A stretch of DNA of 64,000 bases from Nymphaea colorata (GCF_008831285.2 NC_045138.2:36952001-37016000); one strand, 5' to 3'; counted from the first letter of the stretch, positions 12,891 to 27,886 are shown. Numbers and translations: made by a program. Notes: generated by a model not told the origin, from the sequence alone.

Positions 12891-15800
12891 TAAGAAGAAC
12901 TGAAAATTGAGAGAACTTTGGCTTCTTTTTTCAAACGATGGGTTGTTATCATCTTCCTCACCTGAAAAACTGCACACAATTTTTTTTTCCTGACAATATG
13001 AAATGTTCCACTTATGAACTATGATCCAGGAAGAGGCCATTGTTGTTATGGTTTGTTGTAGTAAGGAAAGAAACCCTGATGCTTTGAAGGCAAAACGCAT
13101 TCCGCTTTTGAAATGTTATTTAATTTTAAAATTAATATTGTGTTTGCTTGGATATAGGCTTGCATCTAGCATGCATGCAGTGCCAGAGAGAGTGCATTGG
13201 TTAGGCACCACTCTCTTGCTTTTTTGCTGAAAAATGGATTTGCAAAGTCAGATGCTCTAAAAAAAAAAAAATGTTCTCAAATGAAATCTCGATAAAACTC
13301 AAAGGGATTAATGCATGAAAGCAATTATGACAAATCCATACTCGACCTGTGTTGGATCTCAGGGACCCTCAATTGCTTTGGAATTTAGAATACAAGAGTT
13401 CCAAGTTCCAAGAATTATTGATCTAAACATTCATTCTGTTAATTTCCTTTATTTCCAGTTTATTTCTTAGTTATTTAGTTTTACCTTTGATTTTTCCGAA
13501 TGAATTTCTTATTGTTTTTACCCTGTACCTTATGGGGATAAAGGGTTGGACGCTTTCTTCTTCGCAGTGGGAAGCTCCGCTCACCCAGAATAAGTAAATA
13601 TATTTCATTTACATGTAAATGCAAGTTGGATACAGGTTAAGGTTAGACCTGAATTTTACTATTGCAGGAGAACGTCAATTTTGGGTCTAACAAATGCATA
13701 CTACTTGATTGCTTGGTTGCAATATTAAGTGACTTTTTAATCCGTTTGATGCAAACAGTGTATCATCATTATGTTATTGTTGAATGAAGTTCCTTGTTAA
13801 ATATAATTTTTTTTAATATTTTTATGTAGGTCAAAGTAAAAATTTTAAAATTTACGTATATATTTTGTATTCTTTAAAAATCTGGGGGAGGGCCATGGCC
13901 CCTGCTAGCCTCCGACCTCCGCCCTGGCTCCTCATATCCTGTTATGCAGACTTCAGATTATCAAACGCATGAAGATTCTGGCATAACTGGCTTGGAGCTT
14001 AACACAGAGTATTATTGGATTGGAGCTTGCCTCCATCCTAATAATAGGATCTTGCCCAACCTACCCCCAAACAGGATCTGACCTGTGGTTGGGCAGAGAA
14101 AACCCAATTAACAATGTCTCTTGGTCATCTAAACCCATGTGCAACTGATGGGTTGGGTTTCTTATGGTTGTTTTGCCCCCAACAAACCATAATATCAAAT
14201 TATTACGCAGATAACAGCCTTTAGCATCAATAAGAAGGGTGCACTAAACTGTTGAAAATGAAAACCATCCAGCTGCTAACACCAATATTGCAGTAATATG
14301 ATAAAAAACAAGAGATATGTAGAAAACCTCCCAAGAATTCAAAAGAATAATGAACCTAAGTAGAATGTTGCTACAAATTAAGTCAAAGGGAAAATCATTC
14401 CAGATCCATTTAAGGCCAAAAAAAAGAAAAAAAAAATCACTTTTCTTATGGCAGTTGTTTGGATCCTCCCGAAGATCCAGGCAATGTGACTTTCACATTC
14501 TTAGCGACTTGCACTCGTGAAATTGAGGAAATTAAAATGATACAGTTCTATTCTCTCTCGTGAGTGCTACTACTCTAGACCAAGAGCGGGACATAGACAC
14601 GTGAACATGCTTCCATGCCATTTGATGTTTTGATGTGGATATGAAATTGCATGTCTCCTGGTCACTGACCTAGCGATTGTTTTCATTATATTCTTTTCCA
14701 ATCAATTTTCCTTTGGAATGTGTGCCGGATTTTCTACCAATTGTCGCTGTCCTAACTTTATTTGTTGCAGGCATGCAAAGTTGCTTTATTTGGCGTATTT
14801 GAGCGGAGTCGCGAGTCTACGCCTACTGGAAGCAAAGCCGGAGAAGAAGACCCCTTCAGTCTCCATTGGCCAGCAACAACTTCATTTTCGTCTGGATCGA
14901 CGGCCTTTGCAATCTTTGTTTTTTTCTTTTACTTTGATTTCATTATGAATGTGGGCTAGACCTGTCCTCAGAACAAACACGACATGAATAATTAATTTTT
15001 TTCTTTGCCTTCTTCCACTTGGGAGGCTTAACTCCAGTTCTTTCAGTTTCAGTCAAGTAAATAATGATGCTATTAAACTCTACTATTCAATCTATAGCCA
15101 TTCTTTTCTTTGTGTCTCGATCCCATATTAAGGAGTGAGGGAAACAAAAGTCTTTCTTAAGAGAAACAGGATGCAAAGAATATCGAGTATTAATTTCTGC
15201 TCTTCGTAGGCAGTTTCTACCTTAGTTTTAAACAGTGAGGATTTTCTCGGGCATAATGGGGAGAGTTTGAAAAAAAATATGGTAAATTAACAATAAAAAA
15301 CAGGAAAAAAGTAAAATTAATGAAAAACTAATAAGATAACATTAAAAATAAGTAGATAAGAAACAAATAAAAATTAGAAAAGAATGTAGGAAAACAAACA
15401 TTTTGGCATAAAAAAGGTGAAAAACGCCTTTAACGGAAAAAAAACAAGAGTTTTTAAACATGTTTTTTCATTCTGGCGTTTTTTTAAAAAATACAACGTA
15501 TTTTTGCTGTTTTATTCAGTTGACTTGTTTTTTGAATTTCTAATGCTTTTTTTTCCCGAAAAACAAGAGTTTTTTGTTTGATAAATGAAGGGGCAGTCAG
15601 CCTCGTTTTTTCAATTATTTTGTTTGATGGCTTCTTTTGTCCCCAAATTATGTTCTTTTTAACCTCAACACGCCGTTTCTATGGTCCGTTAACGCTGCTC
15701 CTATTACGGATGCAATAAACGGTTGGATTCGGGTTACATTCCTTCTTTACCAAATTCAATTTAACCTGACTTTATCTAATCTAATTCAGATTTCAAACCC

Positions 15801-16537
15801 ATATTTGAACCCTATTCTTCAATTCTTATATCAGGTCTGACTAACATAAGTTGGGACATTTATATGTGATTATGTGGGATATTTATCGTATTCCAGTTGG
15901 ATACTGGACTCAGATTTAGAATCAGATGTAAAACTGCACAGCAAATCTGAAACTGATTAATAAGAGATCCGAACTTCATTTCAAGGCTCACAATCAGGGC
16001 GGTGAGTTTCAAGCATGCAGACAAAAAGTGCGCGGCCATTGGGAATTAATAAGAAAATATTGGAGTTCTATCACCGATAGTTGGTGAAGAAGGGATTGTA
16101 GTTGGCCGAAATAGTTGACTTGCTTTTCCCTTCGTTTGGACAATTGTCTTCAAAATCTTCTAATAATGCAATGCATGATGATTTGGGAAGAAAAACTCTG
16201 CAACTTCTAATAATTGGAGGCAGTCTTTATGAACAATTTTCAACCAATTACTCACACTCACACCGATTGATTTGACGATTCGGCTGACTTCCTGATTCGA
16301 TCCAATTTCCAACTCCTACAATGCTGCCTTTGGGGGGTGTTTGATGAAGCGGGAATTGTGGAATTCTAAAATAAAAAACTCTTGATATTTATCATGAAAT
16401 GAGAATTATGTTATCAAACAAAGAATTTTGGTTTTTTATGAAATGAGAATTATGTTATGAAACAAAGAATTTTGATTCCAAAATTATAGGCTCAGTCTTC
16501 TTCAATCAAAATTTCAGAATTGTGATTCCACCATAGG

Positions 16538-16731
16538 CAGGGGCAAAGCGAAGATTTTTTTTAAGAGCGAGCCAAATGGTCCAACGAACTTATCCGTGTA
16601 TGGTCAAACTAAACCTGAATCTAAAAAATACATTATCCAACTAAAAATTTTCAATTTTTGTAACGTAATTTTTTTTTCAATTAATTGGGGTGGGGCCACG
16701 GCCTAGGCGGGGCCCCTTCCTTCCGCCCCTG
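16538..16731. mobile_element. hAT-type MITE (194 bp)
   Basis: TIRs caggggcaaagc...cttccgcccctg with a perfect 8-bp TSD accatagg (16530-16537, 16732-16739). Similar-looking degenerate copies lie at about 13885-13927, 19893-20085, 22800-22980, 26890-27062 and 27149-27318. Confidence 0.8.
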
Positions 16732-19700
16732 ACCATAGGGGTGGAATTATGATTCAACTCATGTGCCATCCACAGGCTTCTTGTTCCCGACATAGGTTGG
16801 CCTTGTGTCGCCTTCCTCAACCCACACGCCCAGCATGCACCAAGCCCGCACTCATTGAGATCAGCCTCATGGTCCTGGCCACAACCACACACCTAGCCGT
16901 GCCCCACTGCAGTCCCTACTTGTTGAAGCCCCTTTCAGCCGACTGCACCCACCCATCAACTCCTCTTCCAGACCCCTTTTGACCTTTGCACCTCTGCCCT
17001 TGGACTCGCTCTATGCTTATCCCGGCGAGGGCCCCATGGCGGGCTCCGGCATATCACGGGGCCTCGCCCTCAACTTTTTTATTGGAAAAGGGATCACACT
17101 TAATTTAATTCAAAGGAAAAGGACGTGAGGCCATGTACCAAACACCAAGCTGCCGTATAAGCAGTGGCGCCGAGCCACATTCACGCTGGTGTGGGCAGTT
17201 GCTTACACCTGCTTCTTAGTTTTCTTTTATTTTTGCATTAAAATCGTTTAATATTTACTTTGTTATACAAGTAAGTGCCCCTTCACATGAAAACCTGTGA
17301 ATCAGTGCCTCTCCAAAAAAAAAAAAAATAATAATCTGCCACTGCATAGAAGATGATGTCGTAGACTCTAAAACTTGGCATGTTCCAATCAACTCCAACC
17401 TAACCTTTTTCAAAAGCATGCCTTGATGCCAGCCCGTTGCAAACAGTTCTTTAGTTAGTGGAGCCGTGACAACCTTTTTTGAGGTAAGCATCAAAGCATT
17501 AGTGAAGAAATTCTGGTGTCGGTAACATCCCCATACAGTTCCGGTGAGGTCCTAACAGCAAAAATATGACTACGATCGTGCATTGTTATCAATATTGATT
17601 TTAATCTGGTACCGGATGATTGAAAACTTATCTGAATCGGCCCCTCTTTGGTAATTTCTTCTATTTAAAATTTAATCAATAAATATTTTAAAATATTTAA
17701 TAAAGTAAAATAAAAGATCATTTCAAGTGAGCAGGAGGGAACTCCATTGCTTGACTGAGAGGCCAGCTACTGAAGATAGTGCCCCTTCTTCTTTTTTTTT
17801 TCCCTTTGATGGAGTTTGAAGAACAGGAATTGAAACTTTAGTTGCTTGAATGACTTATTATGCTTAAGATGAGGTCGCCTACGCTAAAAAATTTGAGGCT
17901 CTAAGTTGTTAGAATCTACAACAAAAGCGAAAGCATCAACCGAATTACTTTCTGCTATCATCTTCCCAGATTTGATAGACAGGTAGATAATGCCTCGTCC
18001 TTATCCTGGAAATCTTGTCTAAAAAATCAAAATATACTCCTCGTGGATCATGTCCTCATCTTTGAGCCATCGGGTACTGAAGAAAGATGAAAAAGATAGC
18101 TGAAGCGTGAAGTTTTCTCCAACGCTAGTGTTCATGCAGTCATTCCATTGGCCCGAACCAAATATCTATAAAGCGTCTGCTTCCATCCCACCTTCACTGG
18201 CTTCTATTTGTTTCATGATAAGTTAATCACTTATCATCAACCTTAGTGGATGGGTGATTGGTGTCATGGATTGTTGGCAATAAAGTTAGATACTTTTAAA
18301 AAACCCGTCTTTCAAATGGAACAGTTTGTAACTATTCCGTGAAACTATTCCAAAAGTTAGAGTAGATTCATAAAACATCAATAAATTTGTTTCAATATTT
18401 GGGGTATATTCATTCATGAAACAGTTACATATTGTTTTCTTTCGCCAAATGAATCATGAATGTACAAAAATGCAAAAGGTGCAGCGAGCCAACCCTCCTC
18501 CCGACCCCAAGCGCTTTCTTGCATGCCTTTTTGAAGATGTCAATTGCACCCAAAGATTGAGCAAGATTCCAGTGTTCTTTTTTCAATTGAACTATGTTTT
18601 TTAGTGAATATATAAGTACAAATAAACATATTTAGTAGTCTAGATTAGCCGCAAAACACCCACTGATATTATTTTATTAAGGTTTAATGCGGAGGCCTAA
18701 CAAAAGTAGATCTTGAAAGTAAACATTTCCTCACAATTGTGTGCGCTGAGAGCACCAGAAAACAATAAAAGGGCCATGGATGGTGGCTGCGTGATGACCA
18801 GCTAGCAAGAATACAGATTCAATTTATTTATGTAGGAGTCATCACGGTAGCTCCACTACTGCATCCAAGTCTTTCGAAGCAAGTGTACTAACTCTTACTT
18901 TTATATGCTTTCAAGTAAGCAACAAACAATGTTTCTCGACCTAACTGCAATTTCTACGTGCATATGTGAGCGTTCGAGTCAACGTTTCTCCTTCAATTAA
19001 ACTCGAACAATGTAAGCAATCCAGCACACACAAACACGACCTTGACTTCCTCCTGGCTACTACTCGCATCACATGCATCTCATTAATATGGTGCTTCACC
19101 ATTAGGTGTTGACCATCTCCTCATATTGAGTCTTTCAACGAAAACAACAATGTATAGCGGTGGTTGTAATCCTGCACCGACCACATGACTAAGTCAACGG
19201 CTCACCATCGGTTGACCTGGTCAAAGTCTGAGGCTAGTTGGTCAGCCCCTTGAGACTCAACTGTCTATGATCAATTAAACCAAGTCGTACCTGATTAAAT
19301 GAAAATGGGTTATTTCTCTCTTTACAACTGCTACGGCCTTTCAATTCAATTCAATTCAATTCTTTATCAACAACTCATGTTGCTGAGAAACTGTGCCCTT
19401 AATTTAAAACTTGACTTTGTGAGGGGTTAGTTGGAAAATAAATATCGATGGTCAATCATTCAATGAGGGAAGACTTTCTAGGCGCTCACAAACAGGATTA
19501 AAGAAAAAGTATTAAGAGAACACCGTGTTTTTTAAAATATACGTTCATGGAATGCATGGTCCAAGAACAATATGTTCTTGCTTCAAACAAACAATTGTTC
19601 TCTAGCGTTTGTTTGTTAAATATAACGGCCAAGCCCGCCAATTCGTTCAAGAAGCGATTGATCATCGATTGAGAGAATGGATGTGCAACGGCCAAAAATA

Positions 19701-21324
19701 TTTTAAAAATAAATAAAGAGTAAAAAAATAAATTAAAATAAAAAAGCACACAATAAAAATTATTTAGACTTGACACGTAGCGCGGCAATGGAATTAATTG
19801 ACTTGGTGGACCAGACCAGACCCTTGTAGTGTTTGCTAGGAATCACCAATTAGGGCCAATTAAAGTCTTAACATCCGTAATAACCCCGTATCGAGGGCAG
19901 AGTCAAGTGGGGCTGGCAAAAGCCTTGGCTGCAAGCCCCCTCCCCCACTCAAAAGGTTATATTTTTAAAAATTTATATATAATTTTTTAAAAATTACATT
20001 TGTTAGACGTGAAAAATTTTGAAAACTGCGGCTTTTGTCAAAATTTTGAAACTATAATTTGGTTCATCTCATCAAAAATTCCTAACTCAAACACTTTTTT
20101 AAGAATCGTGACTGCGTGAACCCGTGAATACCAGGAGTTGCAAGTGACAGCATCTTTAGTGTGTGCATTGGAATCCTTTCTTTTGCCTTTTGCATGCTTA
20201 ACTCGCTCAACATAGTGTTTCCATTATCAATGCAATAGAGTAGGGCGTCTGAATCCAAACATGATCCAAGTAGTCTTAAGATACTTTGTTCTTTCACTCT
20301 AGAGATCACATACGTGGTAGTTGTGAAGTGCGTACAAGAACATCACATCATATAAGTATGTACAACAACATCACATCACATATAATGGTGTGAGGTCAAC
20401 ACTCTCTTTGAAGAAAAATACTTTTAATTAGCTCATATTATTATTTTTATTTATTTTATAAAGCTAATAACGGGTAGGCGCTATCCATTGATTGAATGGC
20501 CCAATTTGTCATACGAGTTATCAAGTGGCGATTCGATCTCAATTCATGACTCTCATTGCTTGATTTGACATATTAGTCGACCAAAATAGATGGCTACTTA
20601 GTTTGACTAGTGCGTAGACCTTTCCACCTTGGCAAAGGAAATAAATTGTTGAACTGTGATACAAGCTTATATATATAAACCATCAACCCTCCTGGAATTC
20701 GATACTGACCCATCCAAGGTCTAGGAGGTTGCAACTTCATGAAACTCGGGCTCTATTGAGCTGTCGGAAATAAGAAACACTATTTTTTTTTTAATAAGAT
20801 GTGTTTCTATGACATGCGTTTCAAGAGCACTATGCTTTGGTTGTTAGATCTAGAAATAATATCCATAATCAAAACACTTTTTGTAGAATGAAAATTCAAT
20901 ATTTTTTTAGATAATGTATTATGTATTCTACCAGTACAATGGTCTTCCTACCACCAGACCTGGAAGCCTTAAATGGCTTTATCCCGCCCTTATGAAGGCA
21001 TTGTTGGAGGCCACACCTTCTTTCTCAAGAAAGATGACGTAAATGATTATGAAAGACAAGGCAAGAAAATAAAGGCGTGACACCGTCAGCCTTTTTCAGT
21101 TTGACTTTGAAACATTCACCGGGGTGGGCATCTGGGTCAGGCCGACCTGGGACCCATTTTGGCAGTTCGGGCCCTAGGCCTGAGCCCGGCCTGATTCACC
21201 TATTTAGTTTTAAATATATATATATAATATAAAATTTTAAAAAATTATCGGATTCAAGCCCCTAGCAGAACAACCACCCCTATGCTTCACTGTCCACAAA
21301 TGCTCAAAGACACAAGAGCTAGAA

Positions 21325-21610
21325 GGGTGCGTTTGGATGTCTAAAACTTTCACGAAACCATATGCAAACTTTTCTTAATGAGTTTTTGAAAACTTGGTCT
21401 TTTAATGAGTTTTTGAAAGCTTAGTTTGCACGTCTGGATAACCAAGTAAAAACCAGGTTTTTAATGAAAAATCTGTTGGAGTTGGGGGTTCCAAGTTTTT
21501 CATCTTCATATGAAATCCCAGTTTTATAGATAATTTTCTTGTCATCCAAACACTTTCAAAAAGTGGTTTGGAGGCAAAACCAGAAGGAGAAAGTGGCATA
21601 CAAACGCTTC
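21325..21610. mobile_element. Tourist/PIF-like MITE remnant
   Basis: Left end gggtgcgtttggatg; inverted counterparts gtcatccaaacac (21541) and catacaaacgc (about 21597); short internal duplication ttaatgagtttttgaaa. Confidence 0.45.
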
Positions 21611-24358
21611 TGAAACCTTTTCAACCCCAAAGGCTCAAATGACTCACAAGTTTATGAAAACTATCCTTATAACATGAATTTTGAGAGTCATAAACTAAGT
21701 ATCTTCCAAAACACACTCTCTTAACACAAAACTAAGATCCAAAACTATTACACGCAACCCAACGTTCTTTTCAACAAACGGTTCGCAAGACGCTAAGAGC
21801 TGCACTTACGCACGCCGGTGTCGGGGTGGGCTTGAGATATGGACCATCGATGCTCCGGCTAGATAACGACATCAGTGGTGAAATTCTGGCGGCCGGCGAT
21901 TGGGCAAGAGACTCTGATATGTCCACTCAGAGAGGAAGAGAAGATTGAGTTGAGCAGGTGACCGGGAGAATCAAACACAAGGAAAGGTGAATTCAAGGTT
22001 ACACTGTTGTGTGGTCATCACTCATCAGCTTGGCGGTGAAGCCAAATGGCCAAGTCTCAGGCATTGGGTACGTGGGTCCACCCACCCATTGGGGATTGGA
22101 ACCGCCCCATTCACGCCGACTACGATTGGAAAAGGTTGCGCTATCTTGCCCAGGAGATTCTAGTGTTGACTCCGTCATTGGTTATCTGATAGAGAGGTCC
22201 CACCATCGCTTCTATGAGTGGATCACGGAGAGTCGTCGACCGGCATTTTTTAAATTTGACGGTCCATATTGCGGTCGCATTTAAATACCTCGATTTTGGC
22301 CTAAAATTGGAATTAAGAAGAATTTAAGACGCTCTTTTTGTAATAGATGAAACTGCAAGCGTAATTTTTTTTTTCCTCTCTTTTTTTTTTTTAATTTTAT
22401 TTTTTCACGTGAAAAAGTACTAGTGCGGATACAATTTTCCAAAACACCATGTCCTTTGTTTGTTTCAACAAATATTAGTGCGGCTACGACTAGCATTTGA
22501 TTGTTTGATATGAAAACATGTATAATCATCTCATCCATGTTTCTTAGAAAAAGAACATAGTGTTCATGAAATACGATGCAGTGTTATCAAACAGTCGTAG
22601 ATTCCAACAAATCACATGTGAACTAGAGAATATTAACATCTTCGCTTGACATAAAGTAAGTTTTACTTTCACATGCAATAATTTTGGCAAAAAAAAAGTT
22701 CGTGTATTTTCGCTTGGTGACAATCGACAAACTTTTTCGTTTCTGTGCAGGCGTCACATATACCTCTATCGATATAAAGGACGAAAAGAAAAGTTGAAAC
22801 ACAGAGTCAAGATAGGGTCCACTTGGGTTTTGGCCTCATCTCAATTTTTTTTTTAAAAATTGATATCTAAATTATAGAAAATTCCACTTATTATACATAA
22901 ATGATATTTCGGCTCTAGTCAAAATTTAAAAACTTTAATTCGACTATTCTCATAAAAAATTTCTGATTTCACCCCTGCCCACAAGAACTTTTCAGGTTTT
23001 GCTATTAAAACTTAGTTATCTCTCACGATATCATGTTTTTATCATCCAAATCTCGGTTTAAAACCCAGTTTTATGTGTCATCCAAACGGCTTTTAAGTTT
23101 TTCCACAGCATAAGCATGTTCGCCTCGCCGGTGCATGTCCGTGCATGCATGTGTTAAAGAACCCAAATCTAAATTAACTTCCTGTATCAAGTAAGCCTGG
23201 CATATATTCTTGAACAAAAAAGTGAGGTACACATTTCGCTAAGATGAGTGGAGGTTCTTAGATATCTGGTTGCCATGCAACTAGGAACGTGATAATAGTC
23301 CTCAAGGATGTACCAGTTGAAGAGGCGTGGGCTTCATATTTTCTATAATATCTTAGGTGCACAAAATCACATGGTATCTCAACCAAACTTGATGTGCCAA
23401 AAGGTATCTTCTTTATCAAAGTGTGGACAAAGAGACTTTCCAACAGACTGGCATGTGAGTGATCCAACAACATGCCAAAAATAATGCATAATCATTTAGT
23501 AATTTTCGGTAGTGGAGGTCAATTTTTTGAGATTAATGATATCTATCTAGGGACCAAAGAAGAAAAAGAAAAGCAAATCATCATTCATCCTTCCTTGGAC
23601 CTACAAATGTCCATAGCTTTCGAAGAAGTCCATTAGGCTAATTTATTAATAAAAAAGCATGGTAATTTTGACCTATCTTCCAAATAGTTCCTTGAGCTAT
23701 TGAACATAAACCCAAAAGCTCCTCTCCTGTCTAACTTTATTAACCTTTCCATCTTCCATTTCTCTCCATCCAACCATCATATTCTTTTTCCTTTCCCTTC
23801 GCTTTCCACTTATTTTCCGGATTGACAAACCATCAATATTACTTAAAACATTCTCATTTTCCTCCCCACGTCTAAGCTTGGCAAAATCGGGGCTGGAGCC
23901 CAGGCCGACCATTCCAACACGAGCTCGAGCCCAGCTCGATTAAAGAGTTTATGAACACCAGGTACCTGCCAGCGGCTTGGCCCGGTGCCCAGCCTTACCC
24001 ATAACCGCTGGGCATTACGGTCTCTAGATCAAAGACTAGAAGCGAGGATTGTGGTGGAGAAATGTGATTTGCAAGGCCAAAACCAAAACCGGTTCCAAGT
24101 TTCAAAACCAAAATTTAGGGTTCTTCAAAGTAATTTACTTTTTGTAAAAATGAAAAGTGGGAATCGAGTAGGGTTAAACAAGTCGAGTTCTATTGAGTCA
24201 ACTGAATCTCGAATCATTTATAAACTCGACCCCAGCTCGACTTGAGTCGGGACCGAGCTGTCCACCCGTTGTACTACATTGCTCCATACATATAAAAAAA
24301 AAAAAAAAAACTCAACATACGAGTGTGACCCACACGCTCCCATGTGATGTACTGATGC

Positions 24359-24365
24359 TATAAAA
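24359..24365 (+). promoter_or_regulatory. TATA box of the NPF gene
   Basis: cTATAAAAg lies about 70 nt before the first in-frame ATG (24431) and is followed by a CT-rich leader. Confidence 0.6.
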
Positions 24366-24430
24366 GAGCCCGTGCCTTTGCTTTCTTATCGCGTCCTCCA
24401 TCTCCCTCTCCTCCCAAATTCCCTCCCACC

Positions 24431-26833
24431 ATGCTCCCTTGTTTCCCCTCCAAAGTCAGAAGCAGCTCGCCGGAAAGTCCACCGGCTAACACCATGGAGT
24501 CCAAAGAGAAGAGAAGGGGAGGGCTCAGGACAATGCCCTTCATTCTTGGTATGGTCATTTGTTTCGTTTTTTTCCACTCGATTTTTCTTCCGACCATCAG
24601 CGGAAAGCGTGCGGTTAACTTCCTTTCCCTTTTTCATCCACAGCCACCGACGTGTGCGACCGGTTTGCGGCCACCGGATTCTCCTCTAATATGATCACTT
24701 ACTTGACTCAAGTGCTTCACATGCCTATGGTTCAGGCCTCTAACACGCTCACAAATTTTGCCGGCACGGCGGCCTTAACACCACTGATCGGCGGGTTGAT
24801 TGCCGATTCTTTTGCCGGAAGATTTTGGACCATTGCCGTTGCTTCCGTCATCTACCAGCTGGTAAGTAATAGTACCTAACCACAATTAGTAATCTCCTCT
24901 GCTTTCCGTCAGTTGAACTGTCCAGATCTTGATCAGTGATGGGTGATCATGATATCGGTCCTAGATGAGCGGCCATGGCTTAGCTTGAGCTGTGATTTTA
25001 GCTCAGTCGAAGAGTCTCTTGTGAAAAGGGAAAACGGAATTGTTGGTTCTGAGAGTGGCAGGAAACACGGAGCTCTAAGTTTAAGATCGGTGCTCAAAAA
25101 GAACATGGCATAGAACATGAAGATTGCCAGAGTTCCAAACCCTAGTTTCTCCCGAGAAAGACAGAGAGTAGTGTCTTAGGAGAAGATGAACCTTGGAGTC
25201 ACTAAAATTATCGGTGGATACAGATAAGAATAGTCTACACATCACGCCCACATTTATTTTTTTTTATCACTTTTCTTTCTTCGTTTATTTATTGTGATAA
25301 AAACTAAGGCCATCTTGTTTGCTCTACGCTTTTATAATGGTTTGGGACCTTTGTTTTATGAACATGTCAGATTTGTCAACCTATGTTCACCTTGCCCCAT
25401 GCTCCCCTTGATAAACCTCGGGCATTTCGCACTTTTAAACTCAGAAATTCACGCATTAGAAAATGAATGTCACTTTTAACTATGTGTACAATTCCTCTCT
25501 TTGTAATTGGGAGAACTTGGTGGCGTTTTTTGAATTTCTTAATTTTTAGGTTCTAGTTAAACAGGTACCGTTCAGTAATAAAAGAAATGCAATTTTTTTA
25601 GAAAAGGATGTATTTTAGGATAAAAAACTGTTGGCTCTGTGGTATGGAAGGGAAAAACTAGGTAGATAAGTTGTTTATTTGTAATTGGTGGTGCCCTGGT
25701 CAAGGGTTCAGACAAGACAGCGACCTTTGCCAAGTGCATGCATCAAATAATTGCGACAATGAAAGAAGGAATTTTCTACTTTTAATTTTAAAAAGGGACT
25801 ATCTTTTCCAATTTTCCTAATAAAAGTCACTTTAAAAAAAAAAAAAACTGTCAAATAAGAGCTTCAAATATACTTCCCTCGATCGACAAAAAAAAAAAAA
25901 AATCTTATTTGAGAGCTTTCCTGAAAAGCGAGACCGCCATTAAGAAAATTTGCAAAAAAGTGATTTTTTCTGTAATTTATATGCCTTCAATATAATTGTG
26001 AGTCGTAGTTCGATGCTGGGACCAAATCATTGACTTAAAAAGTCATTAGGTCACGAGCTGTGACAGCATGTTTCGAACTCGACAGGTTGGCTTTAGGTGG
26101 CCCTCCCTGGACCGCCCACTTTCATACGGCGAGCCTGAGTTCAGTAGTCCTCAACTTTGCTCAGTCACCCTCCAACTTGGCAAATTGGCTTCAGCGATAA
26201 CGACACAACCTCAGTTCCCTAAGAAACTTTTTTCCATCTGAAACTTTGTTGTCGTCAACAAGCTCAATAATGTCTTCCGTAACTTGAGGAAAATACTGGA
26301 AAACAGGCTCTTGGAACTCGTTTTCCCGAGAATCTTTTTCTCATATGCGATACACGAGAACGATTTGAACTGGAAAAGGACTCGCGATTTTGTAGAAGAC
26401 GAGAAGAGATTCTCAGGGGAGGAAATAATTATTTCTCTATTGGGCTGTTTCCCTTGCCGAAGTACAACTCCAGCTACGAAGCTGGAGAAATAGATGGATG
26501 AAATTTTCCTTCTTTGTGTGCTCCATGCTTTATGCGTTATATGATAGCTATTTTCAAACCGCTTTTGTGAAAAAAAGTTTACTACGTAACTGCTCAAAGT
26601 AAAAGGGGTTTACTGCTAGCCAAAGTTTTGGTCATGGCGGTTCAATAGGATGCTTGGGTGGCTCAGCCACTGTCCTCCTTTTGGTGGCGTAAAATCCTTC
26701 AAAAACCACCACGCAACAGTGCTGCCTTTTAAGAGATGAGTTACAGACATATATATATATATATATATATAATCAACTGGCAGGTAGCATTTTAATGAAC
26801 ACCATTGATGTAGTGAAATGGACTTGCCACCCT

Positions 26834-26888
<55 letters not shown>

Positions 26889-27886
26889 TATGGCGCAGAG
26901 CCAAGGGGCCTAGTTAAAAAATAAAAAATAAAATTTACACGTAAATTTTAAGAAAAATCATTTTTCCCATGTAAAAATTTAAAAAAATGATATTTTGCCA
27001 TTGTCAAATTTTTAAAAGTACAATTCAATTTTCCTCATTAAAAACTTTTGGTTCCGCCCTTGATTCTATTTATAATGCTCCTACTTTATTGAATGTTCTG
27101 GTGCCAATGAAAGGGCTGCCAGCGGTTCGCTCCATCCCATGCTCGGATCAGGAGTGGAGGCAATGTGGGCATTGTAGGGGCAATTGCCCTCAGAAGAAAT
27201 TCATAATTTTATGTTGATATTTTAGGGATATTTTCTTTATTTACATGTTGGTGTGCCTTATAAATTTAAAATTTTATAACAAATACCCCTTAACTAGAAA
27301 TTTCTGTCTCTCCCCCTCGTTCGGGTACCGGAAATCTTGCTGCTGGTTTCTTTCCACCCCTACTCAGAATAGGTCCCAGACTCCCCATTGAAACCCACCA
27401 GAGTAGTTTGGTTCGAGGTCTAATATTGTTGACATTCAGAACAACCACCAACTCCATGTAATAATTCGACCATATGCTTTAACATAAATGTTAGGTGGAC
27501 TTTCTTGTGTTTTCATTATTAAAAAGCTGGCACAAGTTGGTTCGACATTATCCCTCTTGATGGGCCCGAACCCAAAACCAGACCTGGCAGGTGCACATGG
27601 TTGGAGTGAATCCTAGGTGCCTGTCTGCCTCAAAAGTCAAAACCAATAAAATAAGGTTGGTTCATTAATTTGCATATTAATACAAATGGCTGCTGAGAGA
27701 GAGAGCTGACGAAATGGGAATTCATTCAAGATAAAAGTAGTGACACAATGTCACCAAACATCAAGTAATAAGAGTGAAAGGTAAAAGCGGCAAAAGAAAA
27801 AAAGTAAGTGCAATATATGCAAAAGACTGCTTGATCTGAATGATGTTGTATGTTGCTTCATTGTCAACGATGCAATGAAATCCACA

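Noticed and set aside
13159..13258. Short hairpin-like pairing (gagagagtg / cactctct)
   Set aside because: The stem is too short and imperfect for a miRNA precursor, and it matches no mature miRNA I recognise.
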